Origin: Eledone cirrhosa
Lineage: Eukaryota
Assembly (NCBI GenBank): GCA_964016885.1
Contig: OZ024750.1
Span: forward strand, 18,538,001 to 18,602,000
Length of the DNA stretch: 64,000 nt
Direction of reading: 5' to 3'
Under the pieces are notes generated by a model. The model did no database searches, was not told where the DNA came from, and saw nothing but the letters and a program-made list of their open reading frames with translations. Below are positions 1 through 13,950 of this stretch, in pieces (position 1 is the first letter of the stretch; each line of letters opens with the position of its first letter). Position numbers and translations under genes: made by a program.

Positions 1-262
1 AATATTGTGCACAGTGCTCAGGTGCACTACAACTCATCAAAAAGTGTATGTATAGTACATAGGGTAATGTACAAACGTCAGGAAAATGAACAGTGCATGA
101 GTCATGATATACACATGTGTGCATGTGTATGGAAGGGGTACATCAGGTGTAGTGTTGGCGAATTTCGGGAAGCATGAGTGTCTTAAAGGATGCAGTGTCT
201 CGGCAGCTAACAACTGACGCAGGCAGTTTGTTCCATGCTTCAGCAACTCTGAGCGTGAAAAA
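1..262 (-). mobile_element. 3' end of a CR1/L2-clade LINE (5'-truncated)
   Basis: Minus frame FFTLRVAEAWNKLPASVVSCRDTASFKTLM..* matches the CR1 ORF2 C-terminal FF..RV...WN.LP..VV......FK motif; followed by 3' UTR. Confidence 0.75.
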
Positions 263-298
263 ATATACACACATATACACATACAAGCAGAGAGAGAG

Positions 299-339
<41 letters not shown>

Positions 340-388
340 GAAAGAGAGAGAGAGCAGTAAGTTTGTGTATTTTGAAATGATAAATTAC

Positions 389-502
389 ATTTTAATGTGT
401 GCATTAGATAGAGATAATCTCTCAGCAGATCAACTGTGATAAAGTCATACAACAGATTCTCATCATTGCCAACATTTATATTGATGTGCTTTTCACTCAA
501 CA
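389..502 (-). CDS. candidate exon (LSEKHININVGNDENLLYDFITVDLLRDYLYLMHTLK)
   Basis: 114-nt symmetric phase-1 open frame with CAG/GTAATT boundaries. Weak polypyrimidine tract, and its phase does not join the 2089 exon directly. Confidence 0.25.
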
Positions 503-1037
503 CTGTATTACACCATACCCCCCCCCCTCCACTGCTAACACCATACCTCCACCCCCTCCCTTCACTGCTAACACCATGCCTCTTCCTTCTCCATCTCTTC
601 ACTACTAACACACCATACCTCCCCCTTCACTACTAACACCATACCTTAATCTCCCCTTTTACTGCTAACACCATACCTCCACCGCCGATACTGTACTACA
701 CTTTACTTCCTCTTCCCCATTCATCCTCTCCACTGCCAACACCGCACTACCTCTTATCTTGCCCCCACCCCCTCCCCCCACCACCAACACTTTCTACCAT
801 TCCTCACACCACCACCACCACACCATTCCTGAATCTTTGTTTACTCAAGGTTGCCAGAAATGTTTTTAAACTACTGAATACTTTCAGTTTAAAATTGGTG
901 TTTTATTCCACACACACTCTCTCTCTCTCTCTCTCTCTCTGCCTCTCTCTACTAAAACTCAGGTAAGGCTCACAATGGAGTAAGGTGGGTACTTCCTTAC
1001 CAACACCTACCAGCCCCTCTCACCACTGCCAACAAGG

Positions 1038-1163
<126 letters not shown>

Positions 1164-1171
1164 GGTGTGTG

Positions 1172-1990
1172 TGTGTGTAACATCAACACTGTCCTAGATC
1201 TGGGGGCAGTACTCCATTATAAGTTAAGGATGTCTGTATGTGTAACATCAACACTGCCCTACATCTGGGGGCAGTACTCCATTATAAGTTAAGGATGTCT
1301 GTATGTGCAACATCAACACTGCCCTACATCTGGGGGCAGTACTCCATTATAAGTTAAGGATGTCTGTATGTGCAACATCAACACTGCCCTACATCTGGGG
1401 GCAGTACTCCATTATAAGTTAAGGATGTCTGTATGTGCAACATCAACACTGCCCTACATCTGGGGGGCAGCACTCCATCATGGGTTAAAGATGTCTGTAT
1501 GTGCAACATCAACTCTGCCCTACATCTGGGGGCAGCACTCCATCATGGGTTAAAGATGTCTGTATGTGCAACATCAACTCTGCCCTACATCTGGGGGCAG
1601 CACTCCATCATGGGTTAAAGATGTCTGTATGTGCAACATCAACACTGCCCTACATCTGGGGGGGCAGCACTCCATCATGGGTTAAAGATGTATGTGCAAC
1701 ATCAACACTGCCCTACATCTGGGGGGCAGCACTCCATCATGGGTTAAAGATGTCTGTATGTGCAACATCAACTCTGCCCTACATCTGGGGGGCAGCACTC
1801 CATCATGGGTTAAAGATGTCTGTATGTGCAACATCAACACTGCCCTACATCTGGGGGCAGCACTCCATCGTGGGTTAAAGATGTCTGTATGTGCAACATC
1901 AACTCTGCCCTACATCTGGGGGCAGCACTCCATCGTGGGTTAAAGATGTCTGTATGAATGTAACAACACTGTCCCAGATGTAGGAACACT
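1172..1990. repeat. 65-bp tandem repeat, about 12 copies
   Basis: Unit gtatgtgcaacatcaacactgccctacatctgggggcagcactccatcatgggttaaagatgtct. Confidence 0.95.
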
Positions 1991-2088
1991 ATCATATTCT
2001 AGGTGTAGGATGCCTGCACATGTAACAACAGCACTATCCCAGATGAAGAGGCAGTATGACTGTATTCCAAATTCAAATCCTGCCTTAC

Positions 2089-2187
2089 TCTGCCAGTAGT
2101 GACAGGTAGATACTATCAGCAATGGAAGCACCAATGGAAACAGAGCTTCCTTGGTCCGATTTAACTATCAGCTCGTTTCCTTCTCTC
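2089..2187 (-). CDS. candidate exon (REGNELIVKSDQGSSVSIGASIADSIYLSLLA)
   Basis: 99-nt symmetric phase-2 exon, ATACAG acceptor and GA|GTAAGG donor; only one frame is open. Confidence 0.35.
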
Positions 2188-2649
2188 CTGTATTTCTAAC
2201 ATGCAATGTACAGGCTTGCCTAAAACAATCCTTAAGCCTTTAGCATTTAAACTGGCCATATCCAGAGCCAGAATTCTCTCACCTCTTTCTGTTTAAACTG
2301 GCCATAACTGGGCATTCATACTGATGTTAATGTATTGTTCCCAAATTTAATAATGTCAAAATCTCGTAGATTTGATATTATGTGAGAAAGTGTTTACCAT
2401 GAAAATATAATAGTATATATAGAGTAATGTAAATGCTAAAGGATTGAATATTTGCAGTAGGTCAATAAATATGTAGAGAGGTCAAGGCTCACTATTTTAA
2501 CAACAGTACAACTCAACATCACTACCTCAGGGATTTAGGCCCAGATAGAGTGGGGTAAATGTTCTCCTGTGTGTAGGAGTCCATGTGCGGGCTGCCTCAT
2601 GGTCCCAGCAAACAGAATGAAGAAAGTGTTACCTCAGAGGAAAGCTTAC

Positions 2650-2680
2650 GGAGTTGTCCCTGTGGGTGGCCAACTCCACC
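2650..2680 (-). CDS. candidate small exon (GWSWPPTGTTP; an alternative donor at 2633 in another frame gives VELATHRDNSVSFPLR)
   Basis: TTTATCAG acceptor with two donors, CC|GTAAGC and AG|GTAACA. Both readings end in phase 2, compatible with exon 2089-2187. Confidence 0.3.
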
Positions 2681-3472
2681 CTGATAAATATGTATTTGAC
2701 AGAACTGGGGTCAACATAATATACTGAAGGTGGTGCTCCAGCATGGTCGCAGTTCAATCAATGAAATCGGTGAAAGCAATATAATATTGAAGATTAGTGA
2801 AGGTGAAAGTGAATCTATAAAATAGACAATCCAAGCAATTAGTGCTAATTAGTGTGATTAACTTAAGGTGAGTAAGAACAGAGCCATGCATGAAGTAAAA
2901 TTAACTTTAATAGTGGAGTATGTGAACTAACATGTATCCGTAGAAGCACCACTACCACTACAACTACCACCACTACTACCAACACCACTACCACTATTAC
3001 CACTACCAACACCTCTACAACTACCACCACAACTACTACCAACACCACTACCAACACCTCTACAACTACCACCACAACTACTACCAACACCACTACCACT
3101 ATTACTACTAACACCACTACAACTACTACCATCACCACTACCACCACCCTACTACCACCATCACCACCACCACTACAACTACCACCACCACCACCACAAC
3201 TACAACCACCACCACAACAACTACAACCACCACCACAACAACTACAACCACCACCACAACAACTACAACCACTACTATCATTTAGAGAGAGACTGTAGTT
3301 AGATGAAAAACAAATCAAATCAAAGGGCAGATGAAATTAACCCTCCAAATGTGTGTGTATATGCTTCTGTATATATGTGTGTATTTACATGAAGACAACA
3401 ATATGCAGCATGCAATTCATGTGGGAAGACCTGTAAATCTACTGATGGGTTAAAAAAAAACAGTGGTATACA

Positions 3473-3966
3473 TCAGAATACACTTGTGCCTTCTAAAAGC
3501 CGCCTTAAATCCAGGAAAAGTTTCCTAAAGAGCGCCACACCCCTTGGAACATCAAGCTTAAGTAGTGAAAGAGTCACTCGCTGGGAAGAAAAACTTAACC
3601 TCCCATCTATAACAACAATGGAGCTAAAGGAAAACGAGGCTCTGCCCCCCCCCCCTCCCCCCCTGGAGCAGATACAAATTATACAGTGTGGCAATGCCTC
3701 AACAGACTAAGATCTGCTATTGGTTGTGCAAAAGCCAACCTGGCAAAATGGGGATATTTAAAGGATGGGGATGTTGTGTATGACTGCGGCATCGAACCAC
3801 AGATTACACAGCACCTCCTGATATGCCCCTCCCCCACTGGAACACCCCTGCACAGCATTGGACTTGGCAGAGTTTAATGAGAAAGGACAGCAATGTGTTC
3901 TGCTGTGGTGGAACCACATCTAGCCAAGCTTGTAGCCGACACTCTTGTGGATATGATAAGAAGAAG
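3473..3966 (+). mobile_element. 3' fragment of a non-LTR retrotransposon, Ingi/Vingi-like (frameshifted)
   Basis: RLKSRKSF ... WQCLNRLRSAIGCAKANLAKWGY...DCG..PQITQHLLICP (C-terminal CCHC-type motif); ends in gataagaagaaga. Confidence 0.7.
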
Positions 3967-4668
3967 ACATATCTGCATAAATACAGCTTTATTAGTAAGG
4001 CCTGCCATAAGATATGTGTCTGGCAGTTATAATGATCCACTGCTGTAAACATGATTCTCAGTGATGGTCTTCCTTAGACGCTGCTGGACAGGTGTCATGG
4101 AAATGTATATAAAAGATGGATACTATTACTAGGTAGATATAAACATACCTGCATATATATACACATGCCTGCATACATACATAAACTACATACACATGCA
4201 TATATATATATATATGCATACACACACACACACATATGCATACACACACACACACATATGCATACACACACATGTATATATATATATATATATATGCATA
4301 CACACACACACACACACATGTATATATATATATATAAGCATACACACATATGCATACACACACACACGTATATATATATGCATACACACACACACACACA
4401 CATATATATGCACACACACACACATGCATACACATATATATGCATATACACACACACATATGTATACACATAAATGCATGTAGGTAACACGGTAAAAAGT
4501 TCCCAGTTCCACACTGTAAATGTGGTTGGTGTAAGGAAGGGCATCCAGCCGTAGCAAAACCTGCAGAGAGTCACCCGACCAACCTTGCGTCAAGTGGGAC
4601 AACTCCTGTCTAACCCATGCTAGCATGGAATATGGACGTTAAACGAAGATGATGATGATGGTGGTGAT

Positions 4669-4734
<66 letters not shown>

Positions 4735-6175
4735 GCTACACAGATACACACAGTTGCATACATACCTGCCTACATTCAAACCAACACACATACACACTTT
4801 ATAAAAGATAGTAGAGGCAGTGAGCGAGAGAGAAAGAGAGAGACAGGTATATTACAGTGAGTCATGGTATGTTCTGTCTGAGAATGTAGCTCCTGGATTT
4901 ACACTTAATATTTACATTCAATATAAACACACCAGACTTACTCACTGCCACATTAATATTTATGTTGGTCTTATGTTTCACAATTTCATCATTATTATTA
5001 TTATTATTATCATTATTATTATCATTATAGTATAGCAGTTATGGCCCTTTACATTCCGAGTTCAAATCCTGCCGAGGTTAACTTTTCCTTTCATTCTTAC
5101 GGGATCGATAAAATAAAGTAACAAACACTAATGCACTGAGGTAATTGCTGGACTTGTGCCAAAAGTAGAAAATTATTATAGCATATGAGTTATGGCCCTT
5201 TATCTTCAAATCCCGCTGAAGTTAACTTTGCCTTTCATCCTTACAGCGTCGATAAAATAAAGTACCAGTAATGCACTAAGGCTGATTTAATCGACTTCCT
5301 CTTCCCAAAATTGTTGGCCTTGTGCCTAAATCAGAAATTACTATTATCACTTTATGTAATACATGTTTTTACTTATTGTGCATAAGTTTTAAACTTATGT
5401 TGAAATTTTCCCTGTTGCCTTCATCATTAGTTATATTTTCATGACATGTCACTACATTACTGAGCACAGCTTTATGTGCCTTGGATATGTACAGAGTTGT
5501 TTCTATTGTATTGAAAGTATGCTATGTAATATGTATGCAGTACCTAGAAGTGCTATTTTCTGTATGTTATATATATTTGTAGGACCTGCAGTTTTAGTAT
5601 ATTATAATTATTATTTTTGGCAGTATCGGTAGAGCGTCAGACACCATGCTTTGCAGCAGAGGAGTTATGGCCCTTTACATTCCGAGTTCAAATCCTGCCA
5701 GGTTAACTTTGCCTTTCATCCTTACGGGGTCAATAAAATGAAGCACCAGTAATGCGCTGGGGTAATTGCTGGCCTTGAGCCAACAGTAAAAACATTATTA
5801 TTATTTTGGTAAAAGTGTTAGAGCATTGGACAAAATGCTTTGAGCACATTTACTTACAATTCTTTACATTCTGTGTTCAGATCCTACCAAGGTCAACTTT
5901 GCTTTTCATCTTTCTAGGGTTGATAAAATAAAGTATCAGTCAAGTATTGAGTTTGACTTAATTGACTTCCAGTCTCCACTGAATTGCTGGTCTTGTGGCC
6001 AAATTAGAAATGTCTAAAGTCTGTCTCGAGGCTGGAGGCTCATCAGGCCGACGCTTATCACGGTTTCTGTGGCATGAAGCGACTGAGAGTACAAGACTTC
6101 CCCCTGGATAGGATGGCAGTCCAACGCAGGTTTAAACCCCTAGTTATTGCTGATACTCATTTTCAAATAATATAC

Positions 6176-6357
6176 CTCTCAAAGGAATTGCTAATATATA
6201 TGACACAAGAGGTGTATTGGGATAGCAAAGTGCTCTATTGAATACAGCATATATACTCAGGAAAATATTGTGTCTAAAGTCCTTGTTGAGACCCAACAGG
6301 CAGTAGAAGATCCAATAACTATATTTACTTTGCAAATCATCTATAATAATAGACCAT
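6176..6357 (-). CDS. candidate exon of an unidentified gene (WSIIIDDLQSKYSYWIFYCLLGLNKDFRHNIFLSIYAVFNRALCYPNTPLVSYILAIPLR)
   Basis: Non-repetitive open frame bounded by a pyrimidine-rich TTTAG acceptor and AG|GTATAT donor; phase 2-1. No family recognised. Confidence 0.35.
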
Positions 6358-7141
6358 CTAAATAGAACACATAACACAATAAAAATCAATATATTACAGA
6401 GTAATTGGCAATAGAATTAGTGTGTTCCATTGATAGGCCTGGGTTTCCTTTTAACCAAGTCATTGTTGATAATATGTAATTGTCAGTAAAGTTACTGTCT
6501 CATTCATAGTCCTGAACTTTCATATAGTTCTCTAGCTTAATAACTATTTATATTGTCATCATCAGTCTGCTTTCCATATTGGCATGGGTTGGAGGGGGCC
6601 ATCGTGGTCTGAGTTCTTATTTGGAGTTACTGCCCTCATAGGCATGTCATGCTTGCATGTTCCAAAATTTTGATATGGTATCTAGGATTAGATGCATTTC
6701 CTAATAATATCAATCACTTTGCAGAGTGTGCTGGGTGCATTTTATCATAATATCAACAAAAGAAGTAGTCAAGTCCACATGGTCTCCATTCAATCATCAA
6801 CCATTTTACAGAGCATACCAGAATCATTTTATCATGGCACAAACACTAGAGAGGTTGTCTTGTCTTCAATACCATAAATGTGTCCCCTCTACCCTACAGT
6901 CTCCATCTGATCGTTAACCACTTTTACAGAGTGTACTGGGTGTATTTTATTATGCCACCAACATAACAGAGGTTAGAATTTTACTAACAATTATATTTCT
7001 ATTTTAATGATATCTCTGTCTATATTTTCATTATATTTATTTATATATTTTAAAATCATTTATGTCCATATTTTTTTGGCAGTCGAGTTATTTCAGTTAC
7101 CAATAAAAGAATAACAAAACAAACATTCGGCACTTCAAAGA

Positions 7142-7753
7142 TTAACCCTTTTGATACCAACCTGGCCCAAACCCATTTTAAGGGGTTCCTATTTAAATTC
7201 AAACAATTTTACTAAATCTCTTAAAATTCTTCCATAAATTTTTGATACCAACTCAGCCAAAGCTATCCCTGATTCTATGAAACAAAATCACCCAATTTTA
7301 ACCTTCAGAGTGCTGTCGACAACATAAGGCGCCGATAGATTAACCTCCTTTTAATATATAATGCAGTGTCAAGGAAAGCAATTCATGAAAAAAGATTCAG
7401 CATCCTAAAGGTTAAGGGCTCCTATTTAAATTCAAATCAAACAATTTTATATAATTATATAATTCAGTTACTATTTTAGTAATGAAATGAAAATTTTACT
7501 AAATTCCTCAAAATTCTTCCTAAACTCTTGATATCAGCCCAGTCAAAACTACCCCTGGTTCTATGAAACAAAACCACCCATTTTTAAGGGTTCCTATATA
7601 AATTCAAATCTTCCAATATAATTTTATATTAGAACCATATGTTAAGTTGCTATTTTAATACTGAAATAATAAATTTAGTAAAATCCCTCAAATTTCTTCA
7701 TTAATTAATTGAAAGAGTGTGTTTCATTAGAAATACTGTCACAGAAGGGTTAA
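7142..7753. mobile_element. second TTAA-flanked MITE family (related pieces at about 7950-8310, 17880-18380, 57270-57515)
   Basis: ttaacccttttgatacc ... acagaagggttaa termini; internal duplication. Confidence 0.55.
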
Positions 7754-9289
7754 CTACATGTCTATCAGGTGAAACTTCATCAGCTATTACTGATCGTTTT
7801 TTAAATAAAACAACTAACTACAAGGATTTTAAATAAAACAACTCAAAAGATTGGTTTTGAACTCCTCCAGATTTTGTTGGCTAACCATAAATAACTTTTT
7901 TTTTTTTTTTTTTATTTATTTATTTATTTATTTATTTATTTTTTTTTTTTTTTTTTTTTTTTACAAACTTTTTAAAGCTTTCATTACTGTATTTCTATTG
8001 AAAAACACTGTTTTCAAAATTATTTGAAAATAACAGGCAATTTAGGGGTATTTAATAATATAAATAACTATCTCATTATTAAGGTGGTGTTTTGAACAGA
8101 GCATAACAAAGGAGCTTACATAAAATTATGATAGAAGGTTTTTAGATAAATATAAATATTTTAACCCTTTTGCTACCATATTTCTAATATGATTATCAAA
8201 TTGTTTTGAAAATAATTAAGCCTTTAGGGGCATTCAAGTAATATAAATTACTTTCTCATTAAGCTATTAAGCTGGTGTTCCGAACATAATTTAACAAATG
8301 TTCTTACATACAATCGTGATATATATATATATATATATATATAAACAATATAAAACAAAAGGGGAATTTAAAAAAAGAGAAAAAAATCAGAAAACAATAC
8401 AGTTTTTATGCAAAACTATGTTAATAGCCAAGATAGAAATAAAGAGAAACACCGAATGAGATGACAGGCTGTGGGAGGGAGCATTGTTTACAGACAGACA
8501 CACAGACAGTGTCTGTTGAAGACATGATAATAACTTTAGCATGGATAAAAGATCTAATACAGCATTATAAATAATATCAATTGTTTTACAGTGTCACCAT
8601 ATCTCATAGCTGATGGTGGCAGTAGTGATACTGATGATGGAAATGACAATGAGCTTATCGGGGGGGGGGGGGGGGGGGGGGCATAATGATGATGATGCCA
8701 ATAATAATGACAATATGATGATGATAATAATAATGATGATAGTGATAACAATTATGATGATGGTGGTGGTGGTGATGATTATAATTTCTATCTTCTCCAT
8801 GGGTGGATCTCTAGAAGACCTGTTCCCACCATAAGATTGTCACTTCCATAATAGTTTACTGAGAAGACATTAATTTGAGATGAGATTCTTGTTAACAAAC
8901 ATGGCTTGAAAGAACTTAGAACAAATCAAAAAATATTAATAACATATAATAATACAATATAATATATTATATATAATATACTATATATATAATATAATTG
9001 TGTTTCTACTTTTGTCACAAGGCCAGCAATTATCCCAGTGTATTACTGGTACTTTATTTTATCGACCCCGTAAGGATGGAAGGCAAAGTTAACCTCGGCG
9101 GCATTTGAGGTTATATTATATATATACTATATATATAATATAATAATCATTTTTATGTCCACTTTTCCATGCTGGCATTGGTTGGATGGGTTGTTTTGAG
9201 GCAATGTCTTACAGTTGGGTGCCCTTCCTGATGCCAACTTTTTAGTCAATTCTTACACATGCAGGGATACAGTGTTATTCTAAAAACAA

Positions 9290-9374
<85 letters not shown>

Positions 9375-10029
9375 GCACCTTGACCACTACCCCTCCCATA
9401 CACCTCCCACACCCTAACACTCCATCCACATCTGATCAAAACACCCTTCTCCAATGCCCTTACACCCTTGCCCCAGTCCCTAGTCCACACTGTCAAGTGG
9501 TCATCACAACAAAAAGCACCCACTACTCACTGTAAATGTGGTTGGCATTAGAAAGAACATCCACCGTAGAAGTCAAGCCAGAAACAGTTCTGTGTGAGCA
9601 AGACATGGTCACCTGACCAGACTTGCCTCAAACGGGATAACCCGTCTAACCCATGCTACCATGGGTCAAAACACAGAAGACAATACAAATGAGTAGAGAC
9701 AGAGGAGATTTACATATATCGAGTAAACAGAAGAAAAAAAAAAAACATGTAACAAAATATCAATAAATTTATAACAGAATTCCTGAATATCAAGGAGCAC
9801 AATCCAGGAGTAATTTAGGAATCCCACAGATCTGAAATCACTCCAATTACCAATAAAACTATAGGAAAATTACCCCTTTCCTTTCTGCACTCTCCAGTTT
9901 AGAGACATGTTTAGAGTAGGCCGGTTCACACTACATTCACCCACCTTTTAACAAATATACTGAGGAGCAGCATTTCTCTCTACACCCTCACCTCCCTTTC
10001 CAAGTGGAACTTGAAATAATAATAATAAT

Positions 10030-10240
10030 AATATACCGAAACCCCAGGACTTACAAATATATACAAAATACAGAAAATAGCACTACTAGGCTCTGCACAT
10101 GTATTACATAACATGCTTTCTATTCTGTAGAAACAACAACACCAAAAACATAATACTAGATATAATCAAAGCACACAGCACTATGCTCAGTAATTCAGTG
10201 ACAGCACGCAATAAAAATAAAACTGCTGTTGATGATGATA
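10030..10240 (+). mobile_element. 3' remnant of an R4/Dong-like RLE retrotransposon
   Basis: PGLTNIYKIQKIALLGSAHVLHNML matches the IQK..LLG(T/S)AH.L terminal motif; preceded by (AAT)n. Confidence 0.55.
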
Positions 10241-11095
10241 ATATATGAAGATTTGGCTGCTCATTCTCTCATTACACATTCAGCCAGATACCATTCCATA
10301 CTACTGTAAGACTCCAATCCCAGAATTAATGAATGAAAAGGTAGACTTAGCCAACATAAACTTATTAGAGAGACCCCGTGAATTAAATGAGAAAAACATG
10401 ATCACACTGACCTCACCAGTGAAAAACATTAGCATGTAGATAGACATTCCTCGAAGTTTGTTGCTCTTCTTATCTAGACAGCAGTTAATAATTGTTTTGA
10501 TAAGAAAAGGCAGTGGAGTTGCAGAAAGAGTATTGACCTGAAATTACTGTATTTTCTTGTGTATAATACAAGAAATTTTAAACTAAAATTATGTGCACTT
10601 ATGGGCACAAATGTGGGGGTCATATATGGTCTCTGGTCTCTTCCCTACTTCATTGCTCAGGGTTAGGGACCATAGATGATTGCACCAATACTCTATATGA
10701 TGATGTATGCCCATGAGTCTCATCAGGAAAAAAGTGACATCAGTAGGTCCTGAATCTTTGTTCGACTAATTCAAAGATGATTGACAATCAGCAACCCCTC
10801 CCTCAACCAAGGCCAACCCCCCCCCCCCACGAAAAAATTAATGTATGCATACGAAATTACAGGTTTCTAATTAATGCACAAGGCCAGCAATTTCAGGGGA
10901 GAGGGGGAGTAGATTATATCAATCTCAGTACTTAACCAGTACTTCATTTTACTGACCCCCAGGATGACAAGAGGCAAAGCTGACCTCGGCCAGATTTGAA
11001 CACAAAATGTAAAGTGCCATAATTAAATGCAATAAAGTTTATTTTCTGATGGTCTAATGGTTTTGTCAATCTCACACATAAAATAATGTGTAGAC

Positions 11096-11650
11096 CAGCA
11101 GTTGCCAACCAGTGGTCCAAGAGAAAATTTTGGTGGTCTGCAGAAAGAATTTGGACATTATTTTCAATTTTTATGTTACGTTAATAATAAAACAAAAATA
11201 ATATTTAGTTAAAATATATTTTATAACAACTAAAACATGTTTCTCCTCAGTAAAGAACTAACATCCATGAAAGAATTTTACACAAATGTATCATCTATCG
11301 ACAGAATGACACATGTACGCTTCAGTATTGTTTAATAAAATGGAAGTTCACTGATCATTATTGGCAGTATCGGTAGAGGGTTGGACGCCATGCTTTCTAA
11401 CAGTTACGTCCCTTTACAGTCTGAGTTCAAATCCCGCCGAGGTTAACTTTGCCTTTCATCCTTATGGGGGGGGGGGTCGATAAAATAAAGTACCAGTAAT
11501 GTACTTGGTAATTGCTGGCCTTGTGCCTAAAGTAGAAACAATTATTTTACAAATGTATTTATCTTTTTAAGAAAATTCCTATTAGAGGTGCGCAGGATTT
11601 AAAATTATGAATTTAGAGGTCCATGAAGTCCAAAAGGTTGGCAACCGCTG
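11096..11650. mobile_element. hAT-type MITE with a nested SINE
   Basis: TIRs cagcagttgccaacc / ggttggcaaccgctg with exact 8-bp TSD GTGTAGAC; SINE inside at about 11363-11545. Confidence 0.8.
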
Positions 11651-12010
11651 GTGTAGACAATAGGTTAGTTGTCTAAAATATTGTAATTAATAATAAAATG
11701 TTTGTTTGAAGCATTGTATATAATATATAATGTGGAAAGTAATATAAGGCTAAACAATGCAAAATGGATAGTAAGATGAAGGTAACAAAAAAGTTACCTG
11801 GTAAGCTTTGTTATTTTTTTTGTTGCTGTTGTTTCTTTTGTTGTAATTAATAACTATGTAATAAGCAGTTTAGGGCCATTTATCCTGTTAATACAGGGAG
11901 TTAGCCTTGCAGAGCTCCATAACAAGCTATTCTATTTTGCCCTACCGTCTGCACCCCTTGGCTAAAATTGGTTGAAAAGGACCATAGGCCCTGCCCTCCT
12001 TGATTAAATG

Positions 12011-12044
<34 letters not shown>

Positions 12045-13012
12045 AAAGAAAAAGATATGGCCAAAATATGTTAGAACCAGTTTACCATAAGCTTTAATAA
12101 TAACATCACCATTGTATTTATTCTATTATTACAGTCTGTGTGGTTTGACAGCTGATGAAACTTATAAGCAAGACATGATCATCTGACTTGTCTAATTTCA
12201 CAAGTGTGACAATACATCTAACCTATGCCAGCATAGAAAATGGACATAACAAGGTGATGATGATATTGAATCAAACATTCTATAATTGTATTCAGTGAGT
12301 GGTTTGACAACAGCTGTAAAGAAAATAATACATCTCTCTCTCTCTCCCCCTCTCTCTCCCCCTGCTACCAGTGTGATTCTTTAGATTTAACTGGAGTTGG
12401 TAGTTTGGCACAGTAAAATTATAAAGAATTATTGTAAAGTGGTAGGTGATAGGATGGGCATCTAGCCATAGAAAACAAAAGGCTGAGACAACCTTCCTAA
12501 TGATGGTGCCACAAAATAAAATACCCCCAGTACATGTTTAAGTGAACAGGAGCATATGTAAGCAAGAGGCAATCCTTGGCCCATCTGGAAGGTCAGTCAG
12601 TAGCTCTGGCTGCTTACTGACTTGGTTTATGACAAGCCATCCAATCTTTCAGAGCAAGAAAAACATGTTAAATGATGAAGATAATGATGATGATGATGTA
12701 TCAAACATTCTATCATTTCATTCTATGGCATTTGACAACAGATGTAAAATAAATAATACATCCCCCCCCCCTCCCTGCTGCCAGTGATATAAACCAGAGT
12801 TGGTAGTTTGGCACAGTGGAATAATAAAGAATTATTGTATCAAACCCAAGAATTTCCAGTATTTCACCAGTTTCACAGTGCAGTATATCTTGGACTGTTT
12901 ACAACAGTAACAGCTCTCCCTCTTTTTCTCCCCTCTCTCTCAGTATTTATTATGGTTTAAAATGGAAGAACATAGCAGAACAGACTTTAACATCAGCTGA
13001 TTATTGTCCTAG

Positions 13013-13054
<42 letters not shown>

Positions 13055-13607
13055 TGGTGTGTAGCATAGTAGTTAGGGTGTTGTGATAGAGATCACAAGG
13101 TTGTGAGTTCAATTCCTGGATCGAATGATGCATTGTGTCCTTGAGCAAGACAGTTCATTTCACATTGCTTCAGTCCACTCAGATGGCAAATATAATTGTT
13201 TCTACTTTAGGCACAAGGCCAGCAATTACCCAGTACATTACTGGTACTTTACTTTATCGACCCCGTAAGGATGAAAGGCAAAGTTAACCTCGGCGGGATT
13301 TGAACTCAGAATGTAAAGGGACGTAACTATGCTAGAAAGCATGGCGTCCAACCCTCTACCGATACTGCCAATTCACCGCCATATAATATAATATAATATT
13401 ATATTATATATGTTGTACCTGTAATTCAATAATTCAAAGGTCTAGTCTTGTCATGCACCATGTGCTGAATCTCCCCGAGAACTACGTTAAGGATGCACAT
13501 GTCTGGAATGCTCAGTCACTTATATGTTAATTTCATGAGTAGGCAATTCCATTGTTCAAACAACTGGAGCACTTGCTGTCAGAAACGACAATATGTATAT
13601 AAATATA

Positions 13608-13950
13608 TGGAGGCACATGGCTTAGTGGTTAGAACATTGGCCTTGCAATCGAAAGGTTGTGAGTTCAATTCTCAGACCGGGTGATGTGTTGTTTCCTTGA
13701 GCAAGGCACTTTATTTCACATTGCTCCAGTTTACTCAGCTGTAGAAATGAGATGATAGGGACTGGGGTCCCTATCATTCCACTGTAAAGTGGTCGTGGAG
13801 GTGCCACGGCAAAAAAGCACCCAGCACTCACTGTAAATGAGGTTGGTGTTAGGAAGGGCATCCAGCTGTAGAAATCAAGCCAGAATCAGTTCCCGTTCCA
13901 CCCTTGCAAGCAGGCAAAAGTGGACGTAAAATGAAATGAAATGAATGATG
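13608..13950 (+). mobile_element. tRNA-derived SINE family B with RTE-like tail (copies at 15150-15420(-), 35435-35776(-), 52705-53040(-); head also at 39301, 42880, 13056)
   Basis: tggcttagtggttag A-box, gagttcaattc B-box, ccttgagcaaggcactttatttcac core, tail ggttggtgttaggaagggcatccagctgtag...(ATG)n. Confidence 0.85.

Noticed and set aside
1172-1990. CRISPR-like appearance of the 65-bp (and 46/48/72-bp) arrays
   Set aside because: No unique spacers, whole units are repeated, eukaryotic context, no cas genes.
13608-13685. tRNA-like sequences at SINE heads
   Set aside because: A/B boxes are present but they continue into SINE bodies and lack a complete cloverleaf; not tRNA genes.
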